Source of the DNA: Deltaproteobacteria bacterium
GTDB lineage: Bacteria > Myxococcota_A > Polyangia > Fen-1088
Length of the DNA: 64,000 nucleotides
Direction: 5' to 3'
NCBI GenBank assembly: GCA_033763315.1
Contig: JANRKS010000011.1
Coordinates: 96,001 to 160,000, forward strand
Both the position numbers and the translations under genes were made by a program. Shown one piece after another: positions 37,361 through 46,351 of this stretch (position 1 is the first letter of the stretch; the number at the start of each line of letters is the position of its first letter). Under the pieces are notes generated by a model that was not told the origin of the DNA, did not search any database, and was given only the letters and a program-made list of their open reading frames with translations.

Positions 37361-38782
37361 ATGTTTAAAGCGCGTTCGTCTGTTAGCAACGGAGTTTTGG
37401 GGTTCGCGGCCGTGCTCATCACCGCCGGCATCTCTGTGATGTGTAGCAGCGGCGGCAGCAAGACCGACGAAGCGAACGGCGGCGGGCCGGCGGCAGGCGG
37501 CAGTTCCAGCGGTGGCAGCGCCAGTGGGGGCAACGCCGGCTCCACCGGAGGCTCTGCGGCCGGGGGGGCCTCGGCTATGGGAGGGGCCGCCCAAGGTGGG
37601 TCTCCCGGTACCGGAGGCGGCGGCACCGGGGGCACCCCAGGCACAGGCGGAACCGCCGCCGTCTGCAATGGCGTGCCGAAACTCAAATTGACCCCGGTTG
37701 TCACAGACGCGTCTGATCCGATTTTGATAACCCAGCCCATTGGCGACACGCGTTTGTTTGTGGTCGAACGACGTGGCGTCATCCGGTTGGTCGGTGATGG
37801 TGGCAAGGTTTCCGCCACACCGTTTGCCGATCTCCGCAACAACGTCGCCAATCCAGGCAACAGCGAGCGCGGCTTGTTGGGGCTCGCCTTTCATCCTGCC
37901 TATGCCACCAATGGTCGGTTCTTTGTGTATTACACCGCCAAGAATGGCGACACGGTTTCGGGCGGAAACGAGGGCGATCTTGTGATCGCCGAGGGCAAGC
38001 GGTCGGCGGATCCAAACAAGGCCGAAGCGACTCTGACCATGATCAAAAAGATCGCTCACAGCACGCACTCGAATCACAACGGGGGCATGTTGAACTTTGG
38101 CAAAGATGGCTTCCTCTACGCGGGCACGGGTGATGGTGGATCTGGTGGCGATCCCTTCAAGGCCGGGCAAGACGCCAAGCAAGCTCTGGGCAAATTGTTG
38201 CGTATCGATGTCGACAAACCGACGGTTCGTCCGGCCGGGAACATGCCGGAGCCTGCCGACATTCACGTGTTTGCGATCGGGCTGCGCAACCCATGGCGTT
38301 GGAGCTTCGATCGCGCCACGGGCGATCTCTACATTGGCGACGTCGGCCAGGACGCGTGGGAGGAAGTCGATTACGTCAAGGCCGCCGACGTCAAGGCCGG
38401 CATCAACTTTGGCTGGAGCTCGGTAGAAGGCAAGCACTGCTACACGAACAATTGCGACATGGGCGGAAAAATCGCCCCTGTCATCGAATACGCCAATCCT
38501 CCCGGTAACGATGCTCGATCCGTCACAGGCGGCTTCGTTTATCGGGGCAGCAAAATTCCGTGCTTGGTCGGGCGATACATCTATGCCGACGACATCATCA
38601 ACAAAGTGTATTCGTTCGTGATCGCCAATGGCCAAGCTTCGGGCGAAACGGAATTGACGGCCGATCTCACAGAAGGCGGCGTTCAAATCGGTGATGTTGC
38701 CGCCTTCGGCGAAGACAACGCAGGCGAGCTGTATTTGGTGGCCCGCGCCGCGGGGAGAATCTACAAGATCGAAGCGCAGTAG
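37361..38782 (+). CDS. PQQ-dependent sugar dehydrogenase (GSDH family), exported with Gly-rich linker
   Basis: ERGLLGLAFHP, NHNGG..FG.DG.LY.GTGDGG, GLRNPWRWSFD, GDVGQDAWEE, NFGW, FGED..GELY. Confidence 0.92.
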   Translation: MFKARSSVSNGVLGFAAVLITAGISVMCSSGGSKTDEANGGGPAAGGSSSGGSASGGNAGSTGGSAAGGASAMGGAAQGGSPGTGGGGTGGTPGTGGTAAVCNGVPKLKLTPVVTDASDPILITQPIGDTRLFVVERRGVIRLVGDGGKVSATPFADLRNNVANPGNSERGLLGLAFHPAYATNGRFFVYYTAKNGDTVSGGNEGDLVIAEGKRSADPNKAEATLTMIKKIAHSTHSNHNGGMLNFGKDGFLYAGTGDGGSGGDPFKAGQDAKQALGKLLRIDVDKPTVRPAGNMPEPADIHVFAIGLRNPWRWSFDRATGDLYIGDVGQDAWEEVDYVKAADVKAGINFGWSSVEGKHCYTNNCDMGGKIAPVIEYANPPGNDARSVTGGFVYRGSKIPCLVGRYIYADDIINKVYSFVIANGQASGETELTADLTEGGVQIGDVAAFGEDNAGELYLVARAAGRIYKIEAQ

Positions 38783-38814
38783 CAAATGTCGCATGCAACG
38801 CGAAGTGCGCTCTT

Positions 38815-39381
38815 ATGAGTGAAGACTTCACCACGGTTCTCACCTCACAGCAGCCTGCGTTGATCGCGCAGGCCGCGGCGATTCTGGAATCAGCGGGGAT
38901 TCCTTACCAGCAGCCGGGCTACCAACACGCCAGCCTGATGCCGCAGGTGAACTTCATCAAGATCGAACTGCGCGTGCCTACGGACCGCGTTGAAGAGGCG
39001 CGTCGAGCGCTTGGTGACATTGACGAGCTCATGCGCGATGGCAGCGAAGGGCGGCCTGTGTTCCGGGTGCAGCGGCACGCAGGCGCCACCTTCGCGATCA
39101 TTGGGGGACTTATCGGCGCCCTCGCAGCCTTGGCCTTGCTGACGACGGAACTCGACTTCCGAGTTTGGCTGGCGCCGCTGGTTCTCGCTGGTTTTCCACT
39201 GATAGGTTTCATCATGGGTTCGGGAATGCGCGTCGACTATTGTTCTGCGCCCGGCTGTCCCGGAGAGCTATCGCCGGCCGCAGTCTCATGCCCGCGTTGC
39301 AAGGGCATCGTGCGTGGCCGGATCAATCACGCCTCCCAGCACCTGGCCTCGGCTGAAGCTTTCGAGCAAGCCGACCCTTGA
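38815..39381 (+). CDS. DUF2007-like membrane protein with C-terminal zinc ribbon
   Basis: AILESAGIP...ELRVP...EEAR, two TM helices, CSAPGC...CPRC. Confidence 0.6.
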   Translation: MSEDFTTVLTSQQPALIAQAAAILESAGIPYQQPGYQHASLMPQVNFIKIELRVPTDRVEEARRALGDIDELMRDGSEGRPVFRVQRHAGATFAIIGGLIGALAALALLTTELDFRVWLAPLVLAGFPLIGFIMGSGMRVDYCSAPGCPGELSPAAVSCPRCKGIVRGRINHASQHLASAEAFEQADP

Positions 39382-39517
39382 CCGCGCCTTCGCGCCACCA
39401 CGTCGCGACCGGGGCAACCGGGGCGCCACGCGCCCGCGCGTCACCGATCTACGTAAAATAACGTGTGGTTAGGCAGAAATGCCCATTTCGATCTGGCTAG
39501 AGATCGCGTCTATTTGA

Positions 39518-39533
39518 TGGGACTATTTGTGCA
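39518..39533 (+). promoter_or_regulatory. Possible sigma54 promoter
   Basis: TGGGAC-TATTT-GTGCA (GG-N10-GC) 46 nt before the module-2 ATG. Confidence 0.4.
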
Positions 39534-39579
39534 CATTTGGGCGCTTTTGGCGCTCGTTTACGGTCGGAAGAGGAGTTTC

Positions 39580-41310
39580 ATGCTGACCGAATCGCGCTTT
39601 ACGCTATTTGTTTTGTGTCTAGCAACCTCCTGTTCAGGTGCTGTGGGAGGAGCGAGCTCGGGTGGCGACGACGCCGCAGGTGGCGATGGGGGCAGCAGCG
39701 GCGTTGGCGGGGACAGTGCGGGTGGCGCTGTCGGCAAGCCGGTGGCGCGCAACCCCACCTTCGACTTGGCGTGCCCCGCTGGCGTTGGGCCCTTCATCGG
39801 CAGCTCACCACTGACTCGCCTGACGAACGTTGAATACAACAACACCTTGGCGGACCTCTTCGGCCCCGCGAACGTGCAGAAGCAAGGGCTGCCCGCCGAG
39901 GTTATCGCCGATGGCTTCAACAATGACGCCGTCGCACAATCGCCCTCAACGGTCTTAATCGAGAACCTTGAAGCCGCGCCGATCACGATCACGGATGCGA
40001 CGATCGACAAAGCCGTGGGCTGCCAGGCCGCATCTGCCGTCGAAGAAAGCGCCTGCCTCGATAAGTTCTTCTCATCGTTTGCCAAACGCCTCTACCGGCG
40101 GCCGTTGACCGCAACGGAAATTAGTCGATACAAGACCTTTGTCTCCACACTGCGCAAGACCGATGACTTTGCCAGCAGCGTTCGCACGCTTGTGCGCGGC
40201 ATGATGCAATCGCCGCAGTTTCTTTATCGCGCTGAAACAGGCGAAAGCGCCAGCGACAAGAACCCAATCAAATTGACCGGCTACGAAGTGGCTTCGCGCC
40301 TTTCCTATTTGCTGTGGGACACGATGCCCGACGCCGATTTATTTGCAGCCGCGGAAGCGGGTGAACTAGACAATGCGGATGGCATCGCAAAGCAAACGAT
40401 GCGCTTGATGGGCGATCCACGTGCCCGCGGATCTGTGTCTGAATTTGTAAGGCAGTGGTTGGAATACGATCGCATCGACAACAACATCGCCAAGAAGAAC
40501 GCCACAACTTTTCCGAAGTACACAGACGCTACCAAAGCGGCGCTTAGCAGCGGCCTGCGTAAGTTTGTGGAAGATGCCATCTGGAGCAGCGACACCAGCT
40601 TGCGCGACATGCTTTTGAGCAAGAAGGCTTACGTCAGCGATGCAAGTGCGTTTATCTACAACGTAGGTGCCCCTGGTGCTGAGCTGAAATCGATGGCCGT
40701 GGACAACGGGCAACGCGCGGGCCTGCTCACGCAGGCAGGTTTTCTCGCTGGTTTTGGCCACGAAACGCTGCAAGCGCCGATCTTGCGCGGCATCTTCGTG
40801 TTGGACCGATTGCTGTGCCAACCACCACCGCCGCCACCCGTGAACGTGAACACGGCGCTTGCCGATCCGCCCAAGGGCGCGGGGCCCACCACCCTGCGCC
40901 AACGGATCGAAATGTCGCACCAGAAGGGCGCGTGCGCCAGTTGCCACAAAACCATCGATGCCGTGGGGTTTGGCCTCGAGAACTTCGATGCCATCGGGCA
41001 GTACCGAACGATCGAAAATACGTTGCCCGTGGATGCGCGTGGTTCGATCTCGGACACGTTCGACGCGAACGGCGATTTCAACGGCGCCGTTGAATTGGCT
41101 GAACGTTTGGCGAAGAGCGAACAAGTTTCTGAATGCGTGACTGCCAAGATGGTTCGTTACGCTCTGTCGCGCGCGGTTGAACCCACGGATGGCTGCACCA
41201 TATCCAGCCTCACCGACGGCATGGTGCAAAGTGGTGGCGACATAAAATCAATGATGTTGGCGTTGGTTAAAGGCGACAGCTTTCGCTACCGCGCACCTAT
41301 CACGCCTTGA
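39580..41310 (+). CDS. DUF1592/1588 family haem lipoprotein (module 2)
   Basis: RLTNVEYNNTLADL, MQSPQFLYR, ASRLSYLLWDTMPD, RAGLLTQ, LLCQPPPPPP, CASCH, ENFDAIG; AGGAG SD. Confidence 0.9.
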   Translation: MLTESRFTLFVLCLATSCSGAVGGASSGGDDAAGGDGGSSGVGGDSAGGAVGKPVARNPTFDLACPAGVGPFIGSSPLTRLTNVEYNNTLADLFGPANVQKQGLPAEVIADGFNNDAVAQSPSTVLIENLEAAPITITDATIDKAVGCQAASAVEESACLDKFFSSFAKRLYRRPLTATEISRYKTFVSTLRKTDDFASSVRTLVRGMMQSPQFLYRAETGESASDKNPIKLTGYEVASRLSYLLWDTMPDADLFAAAEAGELDNADGIAKQTMRLMGDPRARGSVSEFVRQWLEYDRIDNNIAKKNATTFPKYTDATKAALSSGLRKFVEDAIWSSDTSLRDMLLSKKAYVSDASAFIYNVGAPGAELKSMAVDNGQRAGLLTQAGFLAGFGHETLQAPILRGIFVLDRLLCQPPPPPPVNVNTALADPPKGAGPTTLRQRIEMSHQKGACASCHKTIDAVGFGLENFDAIGQYRTIENTLPVDARGSISDTFDANGDFNGAVELAERLAKSEQVSECVTAKMVRYALSRAVEPTDGCTISSLTDGMVQSGGDIKSMMLALVKGDSFRYRAPITP

Positions 41311-41341
41311 TCTCACCGCAAGTTGTTTGGCGAGGGGAAAC

Positions 41342-42757
41342 ATGACTTCTGGAATGACACGTAAACTTTCGATGTTGGGCCGCCGAGACCTGCTGCGTGC
41401 GGCAGGTCTCGGCACCGCCGCCACTTTGTTGCCGTCTTTGCGTCGCGCCGAAGCCGCCAGTGGCATCCCCACACGCTTCGTTGTGTTCTACACGCAACAC
41501 GGAACGCTTCCCGAGCCATGGAAGCCCACCGGTCCCGGTGGCGTTGGCGCGGCCTCAGAGACGTCGTTTGACCTTGGAGAATTGCACCAGCCACTGGCTT
41601 CGTTCAAGAAGGACCTAATCCTTCTGTCAGGTCTGGACATGCGTTCATGGGCTGACGGTCCGCAAGTGGCATGCGGGCACGTCAACGGGCAGGTGGCTTC
41701 GCTCACCAACTTCGATGCGATCTCAAAGGGCAACGCGGGCGGGCCTTCCATCGATCAGTACATCGCCGCAGGCTTGAAGAAGCAGAACGGCGGCGTGTCT
41801 CCCACCAAGCTGCCATCCATGAATCTGGCGGCCGCCGGCGATGGATACTTTGGGCAAGCCGCGTTTTTTTCGGGACCTGGCGCCCTTGTGCCGATTGAGT
41901 CGTCGCCCACGCGGGCTTACCAACGCTTGTTTCCGAACGGTACGTCGCCTTCAACCACCGGGCCAAGCCTCGACGCTTTGGCCGCCGCGCGGCGCCGGTC
42001 GGCGGCGATGGATGTGGCCATGGGAGAGTTTGCGGCCGTTGAGAATCTGCTTGGCAAGGCTGAGAAAACCAAACTCGAAGCGCACGCCGCGGCGATCAAG
42101 GATCTTCAAACGCGCCTGAGCAAAGCACCGGGTGGCGGAGGAACGTCTTGCATGGCGCCCACCGCGCCAGCCGCCAAAGTGGGTTTTCGCGATGGTGGCG
42201 ACGCCATGATTCGCATGATCCAAGCAGGGTTCGCCTGCGATCTCACCCGCGTGGCGTCGTTGTGGATGGGATCAACGCCCAACGCTGACTGTGGCTACTC
42301 GCCCGGCATGCTGGGCACAACGGATCTGCATGATCTCGTGCACAAGGTGGATGGCGACATGAGGAGCAATCCTACCGCCGTGGGCGTAATCAAAAAATTC
42401 CACATCGCGTATTCGCAGGTGTTTGCGCAGTTGCTGACGGCGCTCAAGGCCATTCCCGAATCTGATGGCAGCACGATGTTGGATCACACGGTGATCTTGT
42501 GGGCGGGCGAGATCGCGCAGGGTGGTCACGGCTGTGCCAACTTAAAGTGGATGTTGGCGGGCAGCGCCGGTGGCTACTTCAAAACCGGGCGCTATCTGAA
42601 CTGGGGCGACTACAACCGCGGTGAATATGGCCCCGACAGGAACGGGCCTTCTAACGGTGATTTGTTCTCGTCGCTTGCCAACGCCATGGGTGTGCCCACC
42701 ACCACGTATGGCAGCAACGGCCGCAGCACCGGCCCGATCGCTAAACTGCGCGGCTAG
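41342..42757 (+). CDS. DUF1552 Tat-exported protein (module 2)
   Basis: GRRDLL, GPSIDQ, ACDLTRVA, LHDLVH, MLDHTVILWAGEI..GH, YFKTGR. Confidence 0.88.
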   Translation: MTSGMTRKLSMLGRRDLLRAAGLGTAATLLPSLRRAEAASGIPTRFVVFYTQHGTLPEPWKPTGPGGVGAASETSFDLGELHQPLASFKKDLILLSGLDMRSWADGPQVACGHVNGQVASLTNFDAISKGNAGGPSIDQYIAAGLKKQNGGVSPTKLPSMNLAAAGDGYFGQAAFFSGPGALVPIESSPTRAYQRLFPNGTSPSTTGPSLDALAAARRRSAAMDVAMGEFAAVENLLGKAEKTKLEAHAAAIKDLQTRLSKAPGGGGTSCMAPTAPAAKVGFRDGGDAMIRMIQAGFACDLTRVASLWMGSTPNADCGYSPGMLGTTDLHDLVHKVDGDMRSNPTAVGVIKKFHIAYSQVFAQLLTALKAIPESDGSTMLDHTVILWAGEIAQGGHGCANLKWMLAGSAGGYFKTGRYLNWGDYNRGEYGPDRNGPSNGDLFSSLANAMGVPTTTYGSNGRSTGPIAKLRG

Positions 42758-42774
42758 GGCGGCGAACGCTTGCC

Positions 42775-43620
42775 TTAGTTGGACTGCGCGAAGGTGTCGC
42801 AGGTGGCGGGGTCGCCCGAAGCCATGCCGCGCTTCAACCAGAAGGCGCGTTGCTCTGATGAACCGTGGGACCACGTTTCCGGTGTCACGCGGCCTTGCCC
42901 TTGCTTTTGCAGACGATCGTCGCCGATGGCGGCGGCCGCCGCCAAGGCCTCTTCCACGTCACCCGTGTCAAGGATGCCACGTTTGTTCGCATGGTAAGCC
43001 CAAACGCCCGCGAAGCAATCGGCTTGCAATTCCAGCTTCACCGAGAGTCCTCCCGCACCTTCTTGCAAGCGGGCAGGGGCTTTGTGAACCTTGTCGCTCG
43101 TGCCAAGCAGGTTTTGAACGTGGTGACCAATCTCGTGCGCAATGACATACGCTTGTGCAAAATCACCCGGCGCCCCTAAACGAGACCGCAAGTCTTCGTA
43201 GAAAGAAAGATCGATGTAAGCCTTGTTGTCCCTGGGACAATAAAACGGCCCCATCTGGCTTTGCCCCACGCCGCAGCCCGATTGCGTGGCACCGCGGAAC
43301 ACCACCAATTTTGAATTGTCGTATCGCCCGGGCAGCAGTTGTCGCCATGTGTTTTCGACGTCGAGGTGCACCGCGCTCACAAACTTTGCCATGCGGTTTT
43401 CTTGGGGTGTTCCCTCGGCTGGTTGTTGGGTGGTTGTGGAGTTCCCTCCCGAGAACAAGTAAGCGCCACCGGCCAAGAGGCCGAACACGGCGATTCCCTT
43501 CCACCCAAACTGCGCGAAGAACGGGAACAAGCCAAAAATTCCGCCGCCACCTTGCCGTAACGGGGCTTCGCCGCGGCGATCTTCAAAATTCGGGTTTTCG
43601 TGGTTTTCGTCCCAACGCAT
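42775..43620 (-). CDS. ypfJ: Neutral zinc metallopeptidase (YpfJ family)
   Basis: NFEDRRG, GPFYCP.D, GDFAQAYVIAHEIGHHVQ, ELQADCFAGVW, HGSSEQR. Confidence 0.92.
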   Translation of the reverse strand: MRWDENHENPNFEDRRGEAPLRQGGGGIFGLFPFFAQFGWKGIAVFGLLAGGAYLFSGGNSTTTQQPAEGTPQENRMAKFVSAVHLDVENTWRQLLPGRYDNSKLVVFRGATQSGCGVGQSQMGPFYCPRDNKAYIDLSFYEDLRSRLGAPGDFAQAYVIAHEIGHHVQNLLGTSDKVHKAPARLQEGAGGLSVKLELQADCFAGVWAYHANKRGILDTGDVEEALAAAAAIGDDRLQKQGQGRVTPETWSHGSSEQRAFWLKRGMASGDPATCDTFAQSN

Positions 43621-43623
43621 GGT

Positions 43624-44022
43624 TCACCAATTGTCGATGCCGCCGAGGGTTTCAACTTTGGTGTAGCCGGCCTCGCGCAGCGTCTTGGCTGCACGGTCGG
43701 CTCTGCGGCCGGAGCGGCAGTAGAGCACCATCGGTTGATCCTTGTTACCCAATTCAGAAGCACGGGCGGGCAGGTCATCAACAGGAATGTTCACGGCGCC
43801 TTCAATGTGGCGCTCGTTGTATTCCTCGGGGCTGCGTACATCCACAAGCTTGGCGCCGCTTTGCACCATCGCGTGTGCCTGCTCCTTGGTCACCGAAGGC
43901 GTAGGCGCGGGATCGGGCGCAGCCACCGCTGTTGACGACGCAGGCGCAGGCGCTGGGGACGAAGCGCACCCCGCCAAACCCAACCCCAACAAACCCAACC
44001 GCAAACCAACCCGTAACAACAT
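43624..44022 (-). CDS. Rhodanese-domain lipoprotein (PspE-like)
   Basis: Lipobox LAG-C; DVRSPEEY..HIEGAVNIP, YCRSGRRA, LGGI..W. Confidence 0.9.
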   Translation of the reverse strand: MLLRVGLRLGLLGLGLAGCASSPAPAPASSTAVAAPDPAPTPSVTKEQAHAMVQSGAKLVDVRSPEEYNERHIEGAVNIPVDDLPARASELGNKDQPMVLYCRSGRRADRAAKTLREAGYTKVETLGGIDNW

Positions 44023-44058
44023 GACGGGAAGGCTAGCAGCCCGAGGCCGTCACGCACG

Positions 44059-44481
44059 CTAGACCAAGCTGAGGCGGCGGCTCCCCATCCAAGCGCGGCA
44101 GAGGCGGGCCGCCCCCAAAAATGCCGCGCACACTCCCAGGCATGCGGCCACCTCGGGGGCTCGCGGGCTGAACAACAGCAGGAAACCTTGGCCTTTGACC
44201 AACGCCGAAAAGCTGGAAACGCAAAACGGCATCATGAAGAAGCGGAACGCCTGCCACCGGTCCACGCGGCTGCCCGCAGGCAGGCCGATGCGGGCGTTCA
44301 AGATCAAAGCGACGCCGATGATCACACTTAACCCAAATGACGTGATCCACAACCGCGGGCTGGAATCGAAATTCCCCGCCACCACCACCAGGTACCACAG
44401 CAGATAACACCACAACACCAACCGGGGCGTGGTGAGTCCCCCCATGTACCGCACCAACGAGCCTGCCATCAACCGTGCCAT
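44059..44481 (-). CDS. Small integral membrane protein
   Basis: About four hydrophobic helices; WCYLLWY, RFFMMPFCVSSFS. Confidence 0.65.
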   Translation of the reverse strand: MARLMAGSLVRYMGGLTTPRLVLWCYLLWYLVVVAGNFDSSPRLWITSFGLSVIIGVALILNARIGLPAGSRVDRWQAFRFFMMPFCVSSFSALVKGQGFLLLFSPRAPEVAACLGVCAAFLGAARLCRAWMGSRRLSLV

Positions 44482-44506
44482 TGCACGCAAGGCTATACGA
44501 CGCTGG

Positions 44507-45667
44507 TTAGCGGGAGATGTCGCTGCCGTTCACGGGGCGTAACTCCACCAGCTGGCCTCCCTGCGATGTGGCCGCCAATGTCCCGCAGGCGGCGCCAATG
44601 TCTTTGCCGCCCGAGTAGCGGCGCACCGTAGGAATGCCGTGGGCCGAAAGCACCTCGCGAAACGCGCCGAGCTCGTCTTCCGAAGGCGCGTGGTATTTGC
44701 CTTCGCCGTCGGTGACATCGATCAAGTTAACCTTGATTTTCAGGCCCTCCGTCAGCTTCACCAAGGCGTGCGCCGTGTCCGTTGAAAGGTTCACGCCGCC
44801 CACGGCGACGTACGCGAGTGTGATGCGTTGTTTAGTGCTATCGGCATAGCCACGAATGGCATCGATCAAGACGGGCAGGGGCCAGCGGTTTTCGATCGGC
44901 ATCAACTGCGCGCGCAGATCGTGGGTGGGTGCCCCCAGTGAGAACACCAAGCGGAAGTTGTGCTGCTCTTCCGTGAAGCGTTTGATCATCGGCACCACGC
45001 CGGCTGTGGAAATGGTGATCGCTTTGGCGCCAATCGCGGGTCCGGCCGGATCGCAGAACACCTGGCCGGCGCGGATCACGTTGTCGTAATTCAAAAACGG
45101 CTCGCCCATGCCCATAAACACGATGCCGCGGATGGGCTTAGCGGCTTCGTGCGCGATGAGGCGGTGCTGCGCCAAGATCTCCCAGGTCTCAAGGTTGCGA
45201 ATGCCGCCCAAGCGTCCCGTGGCACAGAAGTCGCAGGCCAAAGCACAGCCCACTTGGCTGCTGACACACAGGGTGTATTTCGACGTGGGCAAAGCCTGCA
45301 AGCCACTGGCTTCGCCACGTTTGCGTTGCTCCTTCAGCTCGCGCGCGTCCTCCGCATCCGGCAGCGGAATGCGCACGGCTTCCACAGTGCGGCCGTCCGT
45401 AAGCTCGAAAAGATACTTCACGAACCCGTCGTCCGATTGGCGACGCTCCACCACTTTGAGATCAGGCCACACGCATTGCTGTTCCAGCGCCTTGCGCGTG
45501 GGCGCTGTGAGACCAGCCAGGTTCTCGAAGTCCCTGCGGCCATCCCGTTGCACGCGGGCGAACACACGCCGCGCCACCATTTCGTTGGCCCCCAAGGGCG
45601 CCAGCGCGGCCACCGTTTCGGCGATGGTCAGGTTGCGGAGGTTCAACCCCGGTGTGTGGCTCTTCAC
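44507..45667 (-). CDS. RlmN/Cfr-family radical SAM methyltransferase (divergent paralogue)
   Basis: CVSSQVGCALACDFCATG, FMGMGEP, ISTAG, DIGAACGTL. Confidence 0.88.
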   Translation of the reverse strand: MKSHTPGLNLRNLTIAETVAALAPLGANEMVARRVFARVQRDGRRDFENLAGLTAPTRKALEQQCVWPDLKVVERRQSDDGFVKYLFELTDGRTVEAVRIPLPDAEDARELKEQRKRGEASGLQALPTSKYTLCVSSQVGCALACDFCATGRLGGIRNLETWEILAQHRLIAHEAAKPIRGIVFMGMGEPFLNYDNVIRAGQVFCDPAGPAIGAKAITISTAGVVPMIKRFTEEQHNFRLVFSLGAPTHDLRAQLMPIENRWPLPVLIDAIRGYADSTKQRITLAYVAVGGVNLSTDTAHALVKLTEGLKIKVNLIDVTDGEGKYHAPSEDELGAFREVLSAHGIPTVRRYSGGKDIGAACGTLAATSQGGQLVELRPVNGSDISR

Positions 45668-45710
45668 GCCCCAAAGCTAGCGTTCTTCGGGGCTAGCACA
45701 ACCGCAAAGT

Positions 45711-46286
45711 TTAGTGCACCCGACAGCCCGAACCCAGCGCCTGCAGCACCGCGCCTTCTTTGCTGGCCAGCACCTCCAAGCGGGCCTGCACGGCAGGTGC
45801 GTCATCGAAGATGCATGCCAGATCCACGAAGATTTCGGCGTGCCGCTCTTCGGCGTTGGCGAGCACGTCGTAAAACTCGGCCAAACGCTGCTGGTCCCGC
45901 TCCCGGAAACCTGCGGCCAACAATCGCAAGCGCTCGTGTGAGCGCGCCTCGATCAGGGCGCCACACAACAACAAATCCGTTCGCCGGTGTGGCTCATCGC
46001 CACGCGCTTCGGCCAGCAACTGCCGCGTGTAGGCGTTGGCCATATCCCCGCGCGGCGTGATTTTCAGGTCCGCCAACAGCAGCGTCACTTGCACCACGTG
46101 GCTTGTTTCTTCGTGCGCCAAACGCGATAGCGTCTCAACAAAGCGGTGGTTGTGCGGGTAGCGCCGCACCAACGACAACGCGTTCTCGGCCGCCTTGCGT
46201 TCGCAGTGCAGGTGGTCCGATAGCAACGCACCCAAGTCTTTGGTGCATTCGTCGAACCACGTGTTTGGTGTTTGCCACTTCAGCAT
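45711..46286 (-). CDS. miaE: tRNA-(ms2io6A37) hydroxylase MiaE
   Basis: DHLHCERKAA, EETSH, GALIEARSHERL, FY..L..AEERH, C-terminal RVH; di-iron motifs. Confidence 0.88.
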   Translation of the reverse strand: MLKWQTPNTWFDECTKDLGALLSDHLHCERKAAENALSLVRRYPHNHRFVETLSRLAHEETSHVVQVTLLLADLKITPRGDMANAYTRQLLAEARGDEPHRRTDLLLCGALIEARSHERLRLLAAGFRERDQQRLAEFYDVLANAEERHAEIFVDLACIFDDAPAVQARLEVLASKEGAVLQALGSGCRVH

Positions 46287-46290
46287 CTTG

Positions 46291-46330
46291 AAAAAATACA
46301 AACGGCCGCCGCGAGAAGCTCGGGCGGCCG
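46291..46330 (-). terminator. Rho-independent terminator after acnA
   Basis: CGGCCGCC/GGCGGCCG stem followed on the minus strand by TTTGTATTTTT. Confidence 0.6.
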
Positions 46331-46351
46331 CGGGTGACAGTGTCTTCTTGG

